DNA of 58,865 nt, counting the filler, from Pristiophorus japonicus (lineage: Eukaryota), in NCBI RefSeq assembly GCF_044704955.1. It is 3 parts of 3 records of this genome, joined end to end, with 100 filler letters (N's around TTAATTAATTAA, not from the genome) between each part and the next. Parts side by side here need not be neighbours in the genome. Positions count along the whole stretch, not along the records: positions 32,736 to 58,865 come from NW_027254573.1; 2 more parts are not named here. The stretch is one strand, 5' to 3'. Made by a program: the position numbers and the translations under genes. The first letter of the stretch is position 1, and each line of letters opens with the position of its first letter. The notes beneath the pieces were generated by a model. The model was not told the DNA's origin, did no database searches, and saw nothing but the letters and a program-made list of their open reading frames with translations. Shown here piece by piece: positions 39,507 through 51,812 of this stretch.

Positions 39507-42413
39507 TCAGTACCCCATTCCTGCTTTCTCACCATACCCCTTGATTCCCCTAGTAGTAAGGACTTCATCTAATTCCTTTTTGAATATATTTAGTGAATTG
39601 GCCTCAACAACTTTCTGTGGTAGAGAATTCCACAGGTTCACCACTCTCTGGGTGAAGAAATTCCTCCTCATCTCGGTCCTAAATGGCTTCCCCCTTATCC
39701 TTAGACTGTGTCCCCTGGTTCTGGACTTCCCCAACATTGGGAACATTCTTCCTGCATCTAACCTGTCTAACCCCGTCAGAATTTTAAACGTTTCTATGAG
39801 GTCCCCTCTCATTCTTCTGAACTCCAGTGAATACAAGCCCAGTTGATCCAGTCTTTCTTGATAGGTCAGTCCCGCCATCCCGGGAATCAGTCTGGTGAAC
39901 CTTCGCTGCACTCCCTCAATAGCAAGAATGTCCTTCCTCAGGTTAGGAGACCAAAACTGTACGCAATACTCCAGGTGTGGCCTCACCAAGGCCCTGTACA
40001 ATTGTAGCAACACCTCCCTGCCCTTGTACTCAAATCCCCTCGCTATGAAGGCCAACATGCCATTTGCTTTCTTAACCGCCTGCTGTACCTGCACGCCAAC
40101 CTTCAATGACTGATGTACCATGACACCCAGGTCTCTTTGCATCTCCCCTTTTCCTAATCTGTCACCATTCAGATAATAGTCTGTCTCTCTGTTTTTACCA
40201 CCAAAGTGGATAACCTCACATTTATCCACATTATACTTCATCTGCCATGCATTTGCCCACTCACCTAACCTATCCAAGTCGTTCTGCAGCCTCATAGAAT
40301 CCTCCTCGCAGCTCACACTGCCACCCAACTTAGTGTCATCCGCAAATTTGGAGATACTACATTTAATCCCCTCGTCTAAATCATGAATGTACAGTGTAAA
40401 CAGCTGGGGCCCCAGCACAGAACCTTGCGGTACCCCACTAGTCACTGCCTGCCATTCTGAAAAGTCCCCATTTACTCCTACTCTTTGCTTCCTGTCTGAC
40501 AACCAGTTCTCAATCCATGTCAGCACACTACCCCCAATCCCATGTGCTTTAACTTTGCACATTAATCTCTTGTGTGGGACCTTGTCGAAAGCCTTCTGAA
40601 AGTCCAAATATACCACATCAACTGGTTCTCCCTTGTCCACTCTACTGGAAACATCCTCAAAAAATTCCAGAAGATTTGTCAAGCATGATTTCCCTTTCAC
40701 AAATCCATGCTGACTTGGACCTATCATATTACCTCTTTCCAAATGCACTGCGATGACATCCTTAATAATTGATTCCATCATTTTACCCACTACCGATGTC
40801 AGGCTGACCGGTCTGTAATTCCCTGTTTTCTCTCTCCCTCCTTTTTTAAAAAGTGGGGTTACATTGGCTACCCTCCACTCCATAGGAACTGATCCAGAGT
40901 CAATGGAATGTTGGAAAATGACTGTCAATGCATCCGCTATTTCCAAGGCCACCTCCTTAAGTACTCTGGGATGCAGTCCATCAGGCCCTGGGGATTTATC
41001 GGTCTTCAATCCCATCAATTTCCCCAACACAATTTCCCGACTAATAAGGATTTCCCTCAGTTCCTCCTCCTTACTAGACCCTCCGACCCCTTTTATATCC
41101 GGAAGGTTGTTTGTGTCCTCCTCAGTGAATACCGAACCAAAGTACTTGTTCAATTGGTCTGCCATTTCTTTGTTCCCCGTTATGACTTCCCCTGATTCTG
41201 ACTGCAGGGGACCTACGTTTGTCTTTACTAACCTTTTTCTCTTTACATATCTATAGAAACTTTTGCAATCCGTCTTAATGTTCCCTGCAAGCTTCTTCTC
41301 GTACTCCATTTTCCCTGCCCTAATCAAACCCTTTGTCCTCCTCTGCTGAGTTCTAAATTTCTCCCAGTCCCCGGGTTCTCTGCTATTTCTGGCCAATTTG
41401 TATGCCACTTCCTTGGCTTTAATGCTATCCCTGATTTCCCTTGATAGCCACGGTTGAGCCACCTTTCCTTTTTTATTTTTACGACAGACAGGAATGTACA
41501 ATTGTTGTAGTTCATCCATGCAGTCTCTAAATGTCTGCCATTGCCCATCCACAGTCAACCCCTTCAGTATCATTCGCCAATCTATCCTAGCCAATTGACG
41601 CCTCATACCTTCAAAGTTACCCTTCTTTAAGTTCTGGACCATGGTCTCTGAATTAACTGTTTCATTCTCCATCCTAATGCAGAATTCCACCATATTATGG
41701 TCACTCTTCCCCAAGGGGCCTCGCACAACGAGATTGCTAATTAATCCTCTCTCATTACACAACACCCAGTCTAAGATGGCCTCCCCCCTAGTTGGTTCCT
41801 CGACATATTGGTCTAAAAAACCATCCCTTATGCACTCCAGGAAATCCTCCTCTACCGTATTGCTTCCAGTTTGGTTAACCCAATCTATGTGCATATTAAA
41901 GTCACCCATTATAACTGCTGCACCTTTATTGCACGCACCCCTAATTTCATGTTTGATGCCCTCCCCAACATCACTACTACTGTTTGGAGGTCTGTACACA
42001 ACTCCCACTAACGTTTTTTGTCCTTTGGTATTCTGCAGCTCTACCCATATAGATTCCACATCATCCAAGCTAATGTCCTTCCGAACTATTGCCTTAATTT
42101 GCTCCTTAACCAGCAATGCTACCCCACCTCCTTTTCCTTTTATTCTATCTTTCCTGAATGTTGAATATCCCTGGATGTTGAGTTCCCAGCCCTGATCATC
42201 CTGGAGCCACGTCTCCGTAATCCCAATCACATCATATTTGTTAACATCTATTTGCACAGTTAATTCATCCACTTTATTGCGGATACTCCTTGCATTAAGA
42301 CACAAAGCCTTCAGGCTTGTTCTTTTAACACCCTTTGTCCTTTTAGAATTTTGCTGTACAGTGGCCCTTTTTGTTCTTTGCCTTGGGTTTCTCTGCCCTC
42401 CACTTTTCCTCAT
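39507..42413 (-). CDS. CR1 ORF2: AP endonuclease + reverse transcriptase (968 aa)
   Basis: LNARS, ITETW, GDFN and SDH endonuclease motifs; YRPVSLTS, LDFQKAFD, GVPQGSVLGP and FADD RT motifs; uninterrupted. Confidence 0.95.
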   Translation of the reverse strand: MRKSGGQRNPRQRTKRATVQQNSKRTKGVKRTSLKALCLNARSIRNKVDELTVQIDVNKYDVIGITETWLQDDQGWELNIQGYSTFRKDRIKGKGGGVALLVKEQIKAIVRKDISLDDVESIWVELQNTKGQKTLVGVVYRPPNSSSDVGEGIKHEIRGACNKGAAVIMGDFNMHIDWVNQTGSNTVEEDFLECIRDGFLDQYVEEPTRGEAILDWVLCNERGLISNLVVRGPLGKSDHNMVEFCIRMENETVNSETMVQNLKKGNFEGMRRQLARIDWRMILKGLTVDGQWQTFRDCMDELQQLYIPVCRKNKKGKVAQPWLSREIRDSIKAKEVAYKLARNSREPGDWEKFRTQQRRTKGLIRAGKMEYEKKLAGNIKTDCKSFYRYVKRKRLVKTNVGPLQSESGEVITGNKEMADQLNKYFGSVFTEEDTNNLPDIKGVGGSSKEEELREILISREIVLGKLMGLKTDKSPGPDGLHPRVLKEVALEIADALTVIFQHSIDSGSVPMEWRVANVTPLFKKGGREKTGNYRPVSLTSVVGKMMESIIKDVIAVHLERGNMIGPSQHGFVKGKSCLTNLLEFFEDVSSRVDKGEPVDVVYLDFQKAFDKVPHKRLMCKVKAHGIGGSVLTWIENWLSDRKQRVGVNGDFSEWQAVTSGVPQGSVLGPQLFTLYIHDLDEGIKCSISKFADDTKLGGSVSCEEDSMRLQNDLDRLGEWANAWQMKYNVDKCEVIHFGGKNRETDYYLNGDRLGKGEMQRDLGVMVHQSLKVGVQVQQAVKKANGMLAFIARGFEYKGREVLLQLYRALVRPHLEYCVQFWSPNLRKDILAIEGVQRRFTRLIPGMAGLTYQERLDQLGLYSLEFRRMRGDLIETFKILTGLDRLDAGRMFPMLGKSRTRGHSLRIRGKPFRTEMRRNFFTQRVVNLWNSLPQKVVEANSLNIFKKELDEVLTTRGIKGYGEKAGMGY

Positions 42414-42490
42414 CTCCTTTCTGTCTTTTGCTTTTGCCTCCTTTTTGTTTCCCTCTGTCTCCCTGCATTGGTTCCCATCCCCCTGCCATA

Positions 42491-43438
42491 TCAGTTTAAA
42501 TCCTCCCCAACAGCACTAGCAAACACTCCCCTTAGGACATTGGTTCCGGTCCTGCCCAGGTGCAGACCGTCCGGTTTGTACTGGTCCCACCTCCCCCAGA
42601 ACCGGTTCCAATGCCCCAGGAATTTGAATCCCTCCCTGTTGCACCACTGCTCAGACCACGTATTCATCTGCGCTATCCTGCGATTCCTACTCTGACTATC
42701 ACGTGGCACTGGTAGCAATCCCAAGATTACTACTTTTGAGGTCCTACTTTTTAATTTAGCTCCTAGCTCCTTAAATTCGTTTCGTAGGATCTCATCCCTC
42801 TTTTTACCTATGTCGTTGGTACCAATGTGCACCACGACAACTGGCTGTTCTCCCTCCCTTTTTAGAATGTCCTGCACCCGCTCTGAGACATCCTTGACCC
42901 TTGCACCAGGGAGGCAACATACCATCCTGGAGTCTCGGTTGCGGCCGCAGAAACGCCTATCTATTCCCCTCACCATTGAATCCCCAATCACTATTGCTCT
43001 CCCACTCTTTTTCCTGCCCTCCTGTGCAGCAGAGCCAGCCACGGTGCCATGAACTTGGCTGCTGCTGCCCTCCCCTGATGAGTCATCCCCCTCAACAGTA
43101 CCCAAAGCAGTGTATCTGTTTTGCAGGGGGATGACCACAGGGGACTCCTGCACTACCTTCCTTGCACTGCTCTTCCTGTTGGTCTTCCATTCCCTATCTG
43201 GCTGTGGACCCTTTCCCTGTGGTACGACTAACTCGCTACACGTGATACTCACGTCATTCTCAGCATCATGGATGCTCCAGAGTGAATCCACCCTCAGCTC
43301 CAACTCCGCAACGCGGTCTGTCAGGAGCTGGAGGCGGATACACTTCCCGCACACGTAATCGTCAGGGACACCGGAAGTGTCCCTGAGTTCCCACATGGTA
43401 CAGGAGGAGCATAACACCCGACCGAGCTCTCCTGCCAT
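42491..43438 (-). CDS. CR1 ORF1: Cys zinc-finger, coiled coil and SGNH esterase-like domain (315 aa)
   Basis: CSSC...CGKC; VIGDS; HIGTND; DGLH. Confidence 0.9.
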   Translation of the reverse strand: MAGELGRVLCSSCTMWELRDTSGVPDDYVCGKCIRLQLLTDRVAELELRVDSLWSIHDAENDVSITCSELVVPQGKGPQPDREWKTNRKSSARKVVQESPVVIPLQNRYTALGTVEGDDSSGEGSSSQVHGTVAGSAAQEGRKKSGRAIVIGDSMVRGIDRRFCGRNRDSRMVCCLPGARVKDVSERVQDILKREGEQPVVVVHIGTNDIGKKRDEILRNEFKELGAKLKSRTSKVVILGLLPVPRDSQSRNRRIAQMNTWSEQWCNREGFKFLGHWNRFWGRWDQYKPDGLHLGRTGTNVLRGVFASAVGEDLN

Positions 43439-43619
43439 GACTTAACCCTTATATACACTTAAATTGGCAACAACAATGTTAAAAGTTACTGACTGATATA
43501 GAAGAGAAAAAAGAAAAACTACTCACCAATCACCAGCCAATCACTTACCCTCTTGGCTGTGACGTCACCTTTTGATTTCTTTCTACTTCTTTTTTGCCTT
43601 CTCCCTGTAGCTGCACAAG

Positions 43620-44267
43620 TCCCGCCTTTTATAGGCCTCTCCACGCACCTCCTCGAGGCTGGGCCCCGGACTCCCTGCTGTGCCTTTTATAGGCCTCTCC
43701 ACGCACCTCCTCGAGGCTGGGCCCCGGACTCCCTGCTGTGCCTTTTATAGGCCGCTCCACGCACCTCCTCGACGCTGCTCCCGACTGCCGCCGACGCTAG
43801 CCCCGGACTCCCTGCTGTGCCTTTTATAGGCCTCTCCACGCACCTCCTCGACGCTGGGCCCCGGACTCCCTGCTGTGCCTTTTATAGGCCTCTCCACGCA
43901 CCTCCTCGACGCTGGGCCCCGGACTCCCTGCTGTGCCTTTTATAGGCCTCTCCACGCACCTCCTCGACGCTGCTCCCGACTGCCGCCGACGCTGGGCCCC
44001 GGACTGCCTGCTGTGCCTTTTATAGGCCTCTCCACGCATCTCCGACGCTGCTCCCGACTGCCGCCGACGCTGGGCCCCGGACTGCCTGCTGTGCCTTTTA
44101 TAGGCCTCTCCACGCACCTCCTCGAGGCTGGGCCCCGGACTCCCTGCTGTGCCTTTTATAGGCCTCTCCACGCATCTCCGACGCTGCTCCCGACTGCCGC
44201 CGACGCTGGGCCCCGGACTCCCTGCTGTGCCTTTTATAGGCCTCTCCACGCACCTCCTCGACGCTGG
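43620..44267 (-). repeat. CR1 5' UTR tandem monomers, each with TATAAAAG
   Basis: 10 occurrences of (G)GCCTATAAAAGG on the minus strand in units of about 56-80 bp. Confidence 0.85.
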
Positions 44268-44898
44268 GAGATTGTTTATTAATCCTGTTTCATTACACAG
44301 GACCATATCTAAGATAGCCTGCCCCCCTGATTGGTTCCGTTACATACTGCTCAAGGAACCCGTCCCTTACGCACTCTATGAACTCCTCCTCAAGGCTACC
44401 CTGACCAATTTGATTTGTCCAATCAATATGGAGGTTAAAATCACCCATGATTATTCTAAGTTTTAGTTTCCCCTATGAACGGAAATATCCTCTCTGCATC
44501 TACCTTGTCGAGCCACTTATGCTTCAATAAGATCACCTCTCATTCTTCTGAACTCCAATGGGTATAGACCCAACCTACTCAACCTATCCTCATATGTCAA
44601 CCCCCTCATAAGAACATAAGAAGTAGGAGCAGAAGTAGGCCATATGGCCCCTCGAGCCTGTTCCGCCATTTAATACAATCTTGGCTGATCCGATCATGGA
44701 CTCAGGTCCACTTTCCTGCCCAGCTCCGGAATCAACCTAGTGAACCGTCTCTGAACAGCCTCCGATGCAAGTATATCCTTCCTTAAATACGGAGACGAAA
44801 AATGTACGCAGTACTCCAGGTGTGGCCTCACCAATACCCTGTACAGTTGCAGCAGAACTTCTCTGCTTTTATACTCAATCCCCCTTGCAATAAAGGCC

Positions 44899-47800
44899 AT
44901 AGAAATATAGAAACATAGAAAATAAGTGCAGGAGTAGACCATTCGGCCCTTCGAGCCTGCACCGCCATTCAATAAGATCATGGCTGATCATTCCTTCAGT
45001 ACCCCTTTCCTGCTTTCTCTCCATACCCCTTGATCCCCTAAGCCGTAAGGGCCATATCTAATTCCCTCTTGATTATATGCAATGAACTGGCATCCACAAC
45101 TCTCTGCGGCAGGGAATACACAGGTTAATAACCCTCTGAGTGAAGACGTTTCTCCTCGTCTCAGTCCTAAATGGCTTACCTCTTATCCTAAGACTATGTC
45201 CCCTGGTTCTGTACTTCCCCAACATCGGGAACATTTTTCCCGCATCTAACCTGTCCAGTCCCGTCAGAATCTTATATGTTTCGATGAGATCACCTCTCAT
45301 CCTTCTGAACTCCAGTGAATAAAGGCCCAGTTGATCCAGTCTCTCCTTATATGACAGTCCAGCCATCCCTGGATTTAGGCTGGTGAACCTTCACTGCACT
45401 CCCTCAATAGCAAGAACATCCTTCCTCAGATTAGGAAACCAAAACTGAACACAATACTCCAGGTGAGGCCTCACCAACTGGAGTAAGACCTCCCTGCTCC
45501 GTTACTCAAATCCCCTAGCTATGAAGGCCAACATACCATTTGCCTTCTTCACCGCCTGCTGTACTTGCATGCCATCCTTCAATGACTGATGAACCATGAC
45601 ACCCAGGTCTCGTTGCACCTCCCCTTTTCCTAATCTGCCGGCATTTCACATAATATTCTGCCTTCGTGTTTTTGCCCCCAAAATGGATAACCTCACATTT
45701 ATCCACATTATACTGCATCTCCCATGCATTTGCCCACTCACCTAACCTGTCCAAGTCACCCTGCAGCCTCTTAGCGTCCCCCTCACAGTTCACACCACCA
45801 CCCAGTTTAGTGTCATCTGCAAACTTGGAGATATTACAGTCAATTCCCTCATCCAAATCATTGATGTATATTGTAAAGAGCTGGGGTCCCAGCACTGTGT
45901 CCTGCGGCACTCCACTAGTCACTGCCTGCCATTCTGAAAAGGACCCGTTTATCCTGACTCTCTGCTTCCTGTCTGCCAACCAGTTCTCTATCCACGTCAG
46001 TACATTACCCACAATACCATGTGCTTTGATTTTGCACACCAATCTCTTGTGCGGGACCTTGTCAAAAGCCTTTTGAAAATCCAAATACACCACAGCCACT
46101 GGTTCTCCCTTGTCCACTCTGCCAGCTACATTCTCAAAAAATTCCAGAAGATTCATCAAGCATGATTTCCCTTTCATAAATCCATGCTGACTTGGACCGA
46201 TCCTGTCACTGCTTTCCAAATGCGCTGCTATTTCATCCTTAATGATTGATTCCAACATTTTCCCCACTACTGATGTCAGGCTAACCAGTCTATACTTACT
46301 CGCTTTCGCTCTCCCTCCTTTTTACATTAGCTACCCTCCAGACCATAGGAACTGATCCAGGGTCGATAGACTGTTGGAAAACGATCACCAATGCATCCAC
46401 TATTTCTAGGGCCACTTCCTTAATACTCTGGGATGCAGACTATCAGGCCCGGGGGAGTTATCGGCCTTCAATCCCATCAATTTCCTGAACACAATTTCCC
46501 GCATAATAAGGATATCCTTCAGTTCCTCCTTTTCACTAGACCCACTGTCCTCTAGTACATTTAAAAGGTTATTTGTGTCTTCCTTCGTGAAGACAGAACC
46601 GAAGTATTTGTTCAATTAAGAACATACATAAGAAGATAAGAACATAAGAATTAGGAACAGGAGTAGGCCATCTAGCCCCTTGAGCCTGCTCCGCCATTCA
46701 ACAAGATCATGGCTGATCTGGCCGTGGACTCAGCTCCACTTACCCGCCCGCTCCCCGTAACCCTTAATTCCCTTATTGGTTAAAAATCTATCTATCTGTG
46801 ACTTGAATACATTCAATGAGCTAGCCTCAACTCCTTCCTTGGGCAGAGAATTCCACAGATTCACAACCCTCTGGGAGAAGAAATTCCTTCTCAACTCGGT
46901 TTTAAATTGGCGGAGCAGGCTCGAGGGGCTAATGGCCTACTCCTGTTCCTAATTCTTATGTTCTTATGTTCTTATGTACTCCATCCCTCTCGCAATAAAG
47001 GCCAACATTCCATTCGCCTTCCTGATTACCTGTTGCAACTGCAAACTAACTTTTTGGGATTCATGCACAAGGACCCCCAGGTCCTTCTGCACCGCAGCAT
47101 ATTGTAATTTCTCCCCATTCAAATAATATTCCCCTTTACTGTTTTTTTCCCCAAGGTGACCTCACACTTTCCAACATTGTATTCCATCTGCCAAACCTTC
47201 GCCCATTCGCTTAACCTATCTAAATCTCTTTGCAGCCTCTCTGCGTCCTCTACACAACTCGCTTTCCCACTAATCTTTGTGTCATCTGCAAATTTTGCTA
47301 CACTACACTCTGTCCCCTCTTCCAGGTCATCTATGTATATTGTAAACAGTTGTGGTCCCAGCACCGATTCCTGTGGCATACCACTAACCACCGATTTCCA
47401 ACCCGAAAAGAACCCATTTATCCCGACTCTCTGCTTTCTGTTAGCCAGCCAATTCTCGATCCATGCTAATACATTTCCTCTGACTCCGCGTACTTTTATC
47501 TTCTGCAGTAACCTTTTGTGTGGCACCTTATCGAATGCCTTTTGAAAATCTAAATACACCATATCCATCGGTACACCTCTATCCACCATGCTCATTATAT
47601 CCTCAAAGAATTCCAGTAACTTAGTTAAACATGATTTCCCCTTCATGAATCCATGCTGGGTCTGCTTGATTGCACTATTCCTATCTAGATGTCCCGCTAT
47701 TTCTTCCTTAATGATAGTTTCACGCATTTTCCCCACTACAGATGTTAAACTAACCGGCCTATAGTTACCTGTCTTTTGCCTGCCCCCTTTTTTAAACAGA

Positions 47801-49250
47801 GGCGTTACATTAGCTGTTTTCCAATCCGCTGGTACCTCCCCAGAGTCCAGAGAATTTTGGTAGATTATAACGAATGCATCTGCTATAACTTCCGCCATCT
47901 CTTTTAATACCCTGGGATGCATTTCATCAGGACCAGGGGACTTGTCTACCTTGAGTCCCATTAGCCTGTCCAGTATTACCCCCCTAGTGATAGTGATTGT
48001 CTCAAGGTCCTCCCTTCCCACATTCCACATTGGTCTGCCATTTCTTTGTTCCCCATTATAAATTCACCTGAATCCGACTGCAAGGGACCTACACTTGTCT
48101 TCACTAATCTTTTTCTCTTCACATATTTGTAGAAGCTTTTGCAGTCAGTTTTTATATTCCCTGCAAGCTTCCTCTCATACTCTATTTCCCCCCTCTGAAT
48201 TAAACCCTTAGTCCTGCTTTGTTGAATTCTAAATTTCTCCCAGTCCTCAGGTTTGTAACTTTTTCTTGCCAATTTATCTGCCTCTTCCTTGGTTTTAACA
48301 CTATCCTTAATTTCCCTTGTCAGCCACGGTTGAGCCACCTTCCCCGTTTTATTTTTACTCCAGACAGGGATGTACAATTGCTGAAGTTCATCCATGTGAT
48401 CTTTAAATGTTTGCCATTGTTTATCCACTGTCAACCCTTTCAGTATCCTTTGCCAGTCTATTCTGGCCAATTCACGCCTCATACCGTCGAAGTTACCTTT
48501 CCTTAAGTTCAGGACCCTAGTTTCCAAATTAACTGTGTCACTCTCCATCTTAATAAAGAATTCTACCATTTTATGGTCACTCTTCCCCAAGGGGCCTCGC
48601 ACAACAAGATTGCTAATTAGTTGCTTCTCATTACACATCACCCAGTCTAGGATGGCCAGCTCTCTAGTTGGTTCCTCGACATATTGGCCCAGAAAACCAT
48701 CCCTAATACTCTCCAGGAAATCCTCCTCCACCTCATTGCTCCCAGTTTGTTTAGCCCAATCAATATGTCGATTAAAGTCCCCCATGATAACTGCTCTACC
48801 TTTATCGCACACATCCCTTATTTCTTGTTTGATGCTGTCCCCAATCTCACTGCTACTGTTTGGTGGTCTGTACACAACTCCCACGAGCGTTTTCTGCCCT
48901 TTGGTATTCCACAGCTCCACCCATACCGATTCCACATCATCCAGGCTAATGTCCCTCCTTACTATTGCATTAATTTCCTCTTTAAACAGCAATGCTACCC
49001 CACCTCCTTTTCCTCTCTGCCTATCCTTCCTAAATGTTGAATACCCCTGGATGTTGAGTTCCCAGCCTTGGTCGCCCTGGAGCCATGTCTCCATGATGCC
49101 AATTGCATCATATCTGTTAACTCCTGTCTGCGCAGTTAATTCGTTCACCTTATTACGAATACTCCTCGCATTGAGGCACAGAGCCTTCAGGCTTGTCTTT
49201 TTAACACACTTTGCCCCTTTAGAATTTTGCTGTAATGTGGGCCAACATTC
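44899..49250 (-). mobile_element. CR1 ORF2 copy (degenerate), interrupted by another CR1 at 46618-48028
   Basis: The peptide GNKEMADQ | LNKYFGSVFTKEDT is split across the insert; endonuclease ORF at 47976-49253 and RT ORF at 45515-46267. Confidence 0.85.
46618..48028 (-). mobile_element. Nested 5'-truncated CR1 of a different subfamily
   Basis: RT ORF 47119-48030 and (TTCTTATG)n tail at 46618-46650. Confidence 0.85.
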
Positions 49251-49454
49251 CATTTGACTTCCTGATTAATTGCTTGTTGTGGTCTTATCTTCACCGGGGG
49301 AGTGACACATTGGAGAGGGCTCAGAATAGCAGCGCAAAGGATTTCAAGCCGATTAACAAGTGTGATGATAGAATTAAATTAGTTCTCACTGGAGCAGGGA
49401 TATTTCATTGAGAGAGGACATGAAGCAGGTATTTTAAATGCTGAAAATAGACTG

Positions 49455-50340
49455 GGATTTAGAGGGCATAATTTCAAAGTTTGCAGATGAGGAGGAAAGC
49501 AGCAGTCTCCAGGAGGACTGGTGAAATGGGCAGATACATGGCAGATACAATTTAATGCAGAGAAGTGTGAAGTGATGCATTTTGGAAGGAAAAATGAGGA
49601 ATGGTAATATGAACTAAATGGTGCAATTATAAAGTGGGTGCAGGAACAGGGAGCCCTGGGGGTTCACGTATACAAATCTTCATAGTGGCAGGACAAGTTG
49701 ATGAGGCTTTAAAAGCTAAAAAAAAACCCTGGGTTTATAAATCGAGGTGTAGAGTACAAAAGCAAGGAAGTGATGCTAAACGTCCATACATCACTGGTTA
49801 GGCCTCAGCTGGACTATTGTGTCCAATTCTGGGCACCACACTTTAGGAACGATGTCAAGGCCTTGGCGAGGGTGCAGAGGAGATTTACTAGAATGTGACC
49901 AGAGATGAGGGACTTCAGTTATGTGGAGAGACTGAAGAAGTTAGGATTGTTCTCCTTAGAGCAGTGAAGTTACAGGGGGATTTAATCGAGGCGTTCAAAA
50001 TTCTGAGGGGTTTTGCTGAAGTAAATGAGGATGAAATGTTTCCAGTGTGGGGAGGATCAGTAACCAGAGCACACAGATTGAAGAACCAGGGGGGAGGGGG
50101 GAAAGAGATGAGAATTCCTTTTTACGCAGCGAGTTGCTGTGATCTGGAATGCGCTGCCTGAAAGGGCGGTGGAAGATTCAATAGTAACTTTCAAAATGGA
50201 ATTGGATAAATACTTGAAAAGGAATAAAATTGCAGGGCTGTGGGGAAAGAGCAGGGGCAGTGGGACTAATTGGATCGTTCTTTCAAAGAGCCAGCACGGG
50301 CACGATGGGCCGAATGGCCTCTTTCTGTGCTGTAAGATTA
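49455..50340 (+). mobile_element. Old CR1 3' fragment
   Basis: Degenerate KFADD...KCEVMHFG...VRPQLDYCVQFWAP...GDLIEAFKIL...WNALP. Confidence 0.75.
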
Positions 50341-50714
50341 TATAAAGGCATGGATAATACAAGTGTAAATTTTATCAAAGTTTGATTCAAACAGAAGGAA
50401 GTCGGAGCATAAAACTGGTCAATGGGACTGTGGAGCGAGAACAGCTTGTATTGTGAGACAGCAAGTACCTAAAATATACAGCGCATGGTGTTTGTCTCAA
50501 TGTTATACCAGTGATGGTCATCCCTGCCCTACTTCAATAACTGCACTTGGTGCGAGGGGGAACACATCCTCTGCCCAGAACATCGCAAATCCAGCCAAAC
50601 AATTTTTATAGAATTAACCACAAATCATTATTTCAGGTGAATTTATAAAGAATGAACAAATCCTGTCGGGAGCGGAAAGGAGCTGCATAAAAATCAACTT
50701 CGGAATTAAATCGA

Positions 50715-51195
50715 GGGTAAGGGAGGGATATGTGGGTGGGGGAGGGGCGATGTGGGTGGGGGTGAGGGAGGGGGGGAGGAGCGGGCGGGGAGGGAGGAGG
50801 GGACGTGTTGGGGGGGGAGAGGGGACATGTGGGAGGGGAGGGAATGTGTGGGGGGGCGGGGAGATGGGGGTGTGGTGGTTAGACGCGAGTGGGGGAGGGG
50901 GGATGTGGGTGGGGGAGGGGATGTGGGGGAGGGGTGATGTGGGTGGGGGGGGACGTGGGGGAGGGGGAGGGGTGATGTGGGTGGGGGAGTACGTGGGGGA
51001 GGGGGAGGGGTGATGTGGGTGGGGGGGGACGTGGGGGAGGGGGAGGGGTGATGTGGGTGGGGGGGACGTGGGGGAGGGGGAGGGGTGATGTGGGTTGGGG
51101 GGGACGTGGGGGAGGGGGAGGGTGATGTGGGTGGGGGGGGACGTGGGGGAGGGGGAGGGGTGATGTGGGTTGGGGGGGACGTGGGGGAGGGGGAG
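50715..51195. repeat. G-rich minisatellite (G-quadruplex prone)
   Basis: Tandem GGGGGAGGGGGAGGGGTGATGTGGGTGGGGGGGACGT variants. Confidence 0.85.
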
Positions 51196-51812
51196 ATCAG
51201 CACAGCCCGGGTTCAGCTTTCCCGATGTGAAACTTTGAATGGGCCGCGCCGCCCATTAAAGGAACCACGCATCAAAAAGCAAATGCAGGGTAACACTGAT
51301 GGGGATATGTGTGGGTGTGAATGGTAACTTGGGCAAGGAGTCAGGGCCTGTGGACTGGACCATCACGAGGAGAAAATAGGCGCAGATAAATGTGAGAAAT
51401 TATTGCAAAACTATCTGCTGCTGAGTTGCACTGTGACGGATTACTGGCACTTTAACGTGTAGTAATGTTGAATTTTAAAAGAATCAAATCGCGTTAGAAT
51501 TTCTAATTCCTGTCAGTATAAGTGAAATCACACTTTAGGCTAAACAAAATATTTCCATCAAGTTTGGGAAGCTCCTGTGTTCTATTGAGAAGTGAAGTGT
51601 GTATAAGAGGGATCCCACAATGCCGTGCTCCCAGTGAGAAGCCACAGTCCCATGGAATGTGGGTCAGATATAGGGCCACAACATCACAGCCCCAATTCTC
51701 CAGTCCATGCTCCCAGTGTGTGTGTGCCTCTCGACTGGGAGTGTATTGTTGCAAAATTACCCTCTATGTAGTAATGCTATTATGAATAAAACCAAATGTA
51801 ACTTATACTTAC

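Larger units (their letters stand above)
39408..44267 (-). mobile_element. Near full-length CR1 LINE with both ORFs open
   Basis: 5' tandem monomers, ORF1, ORF2, 3' UTR and (TTTCTATG)n tail. Confidence 0.95.
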
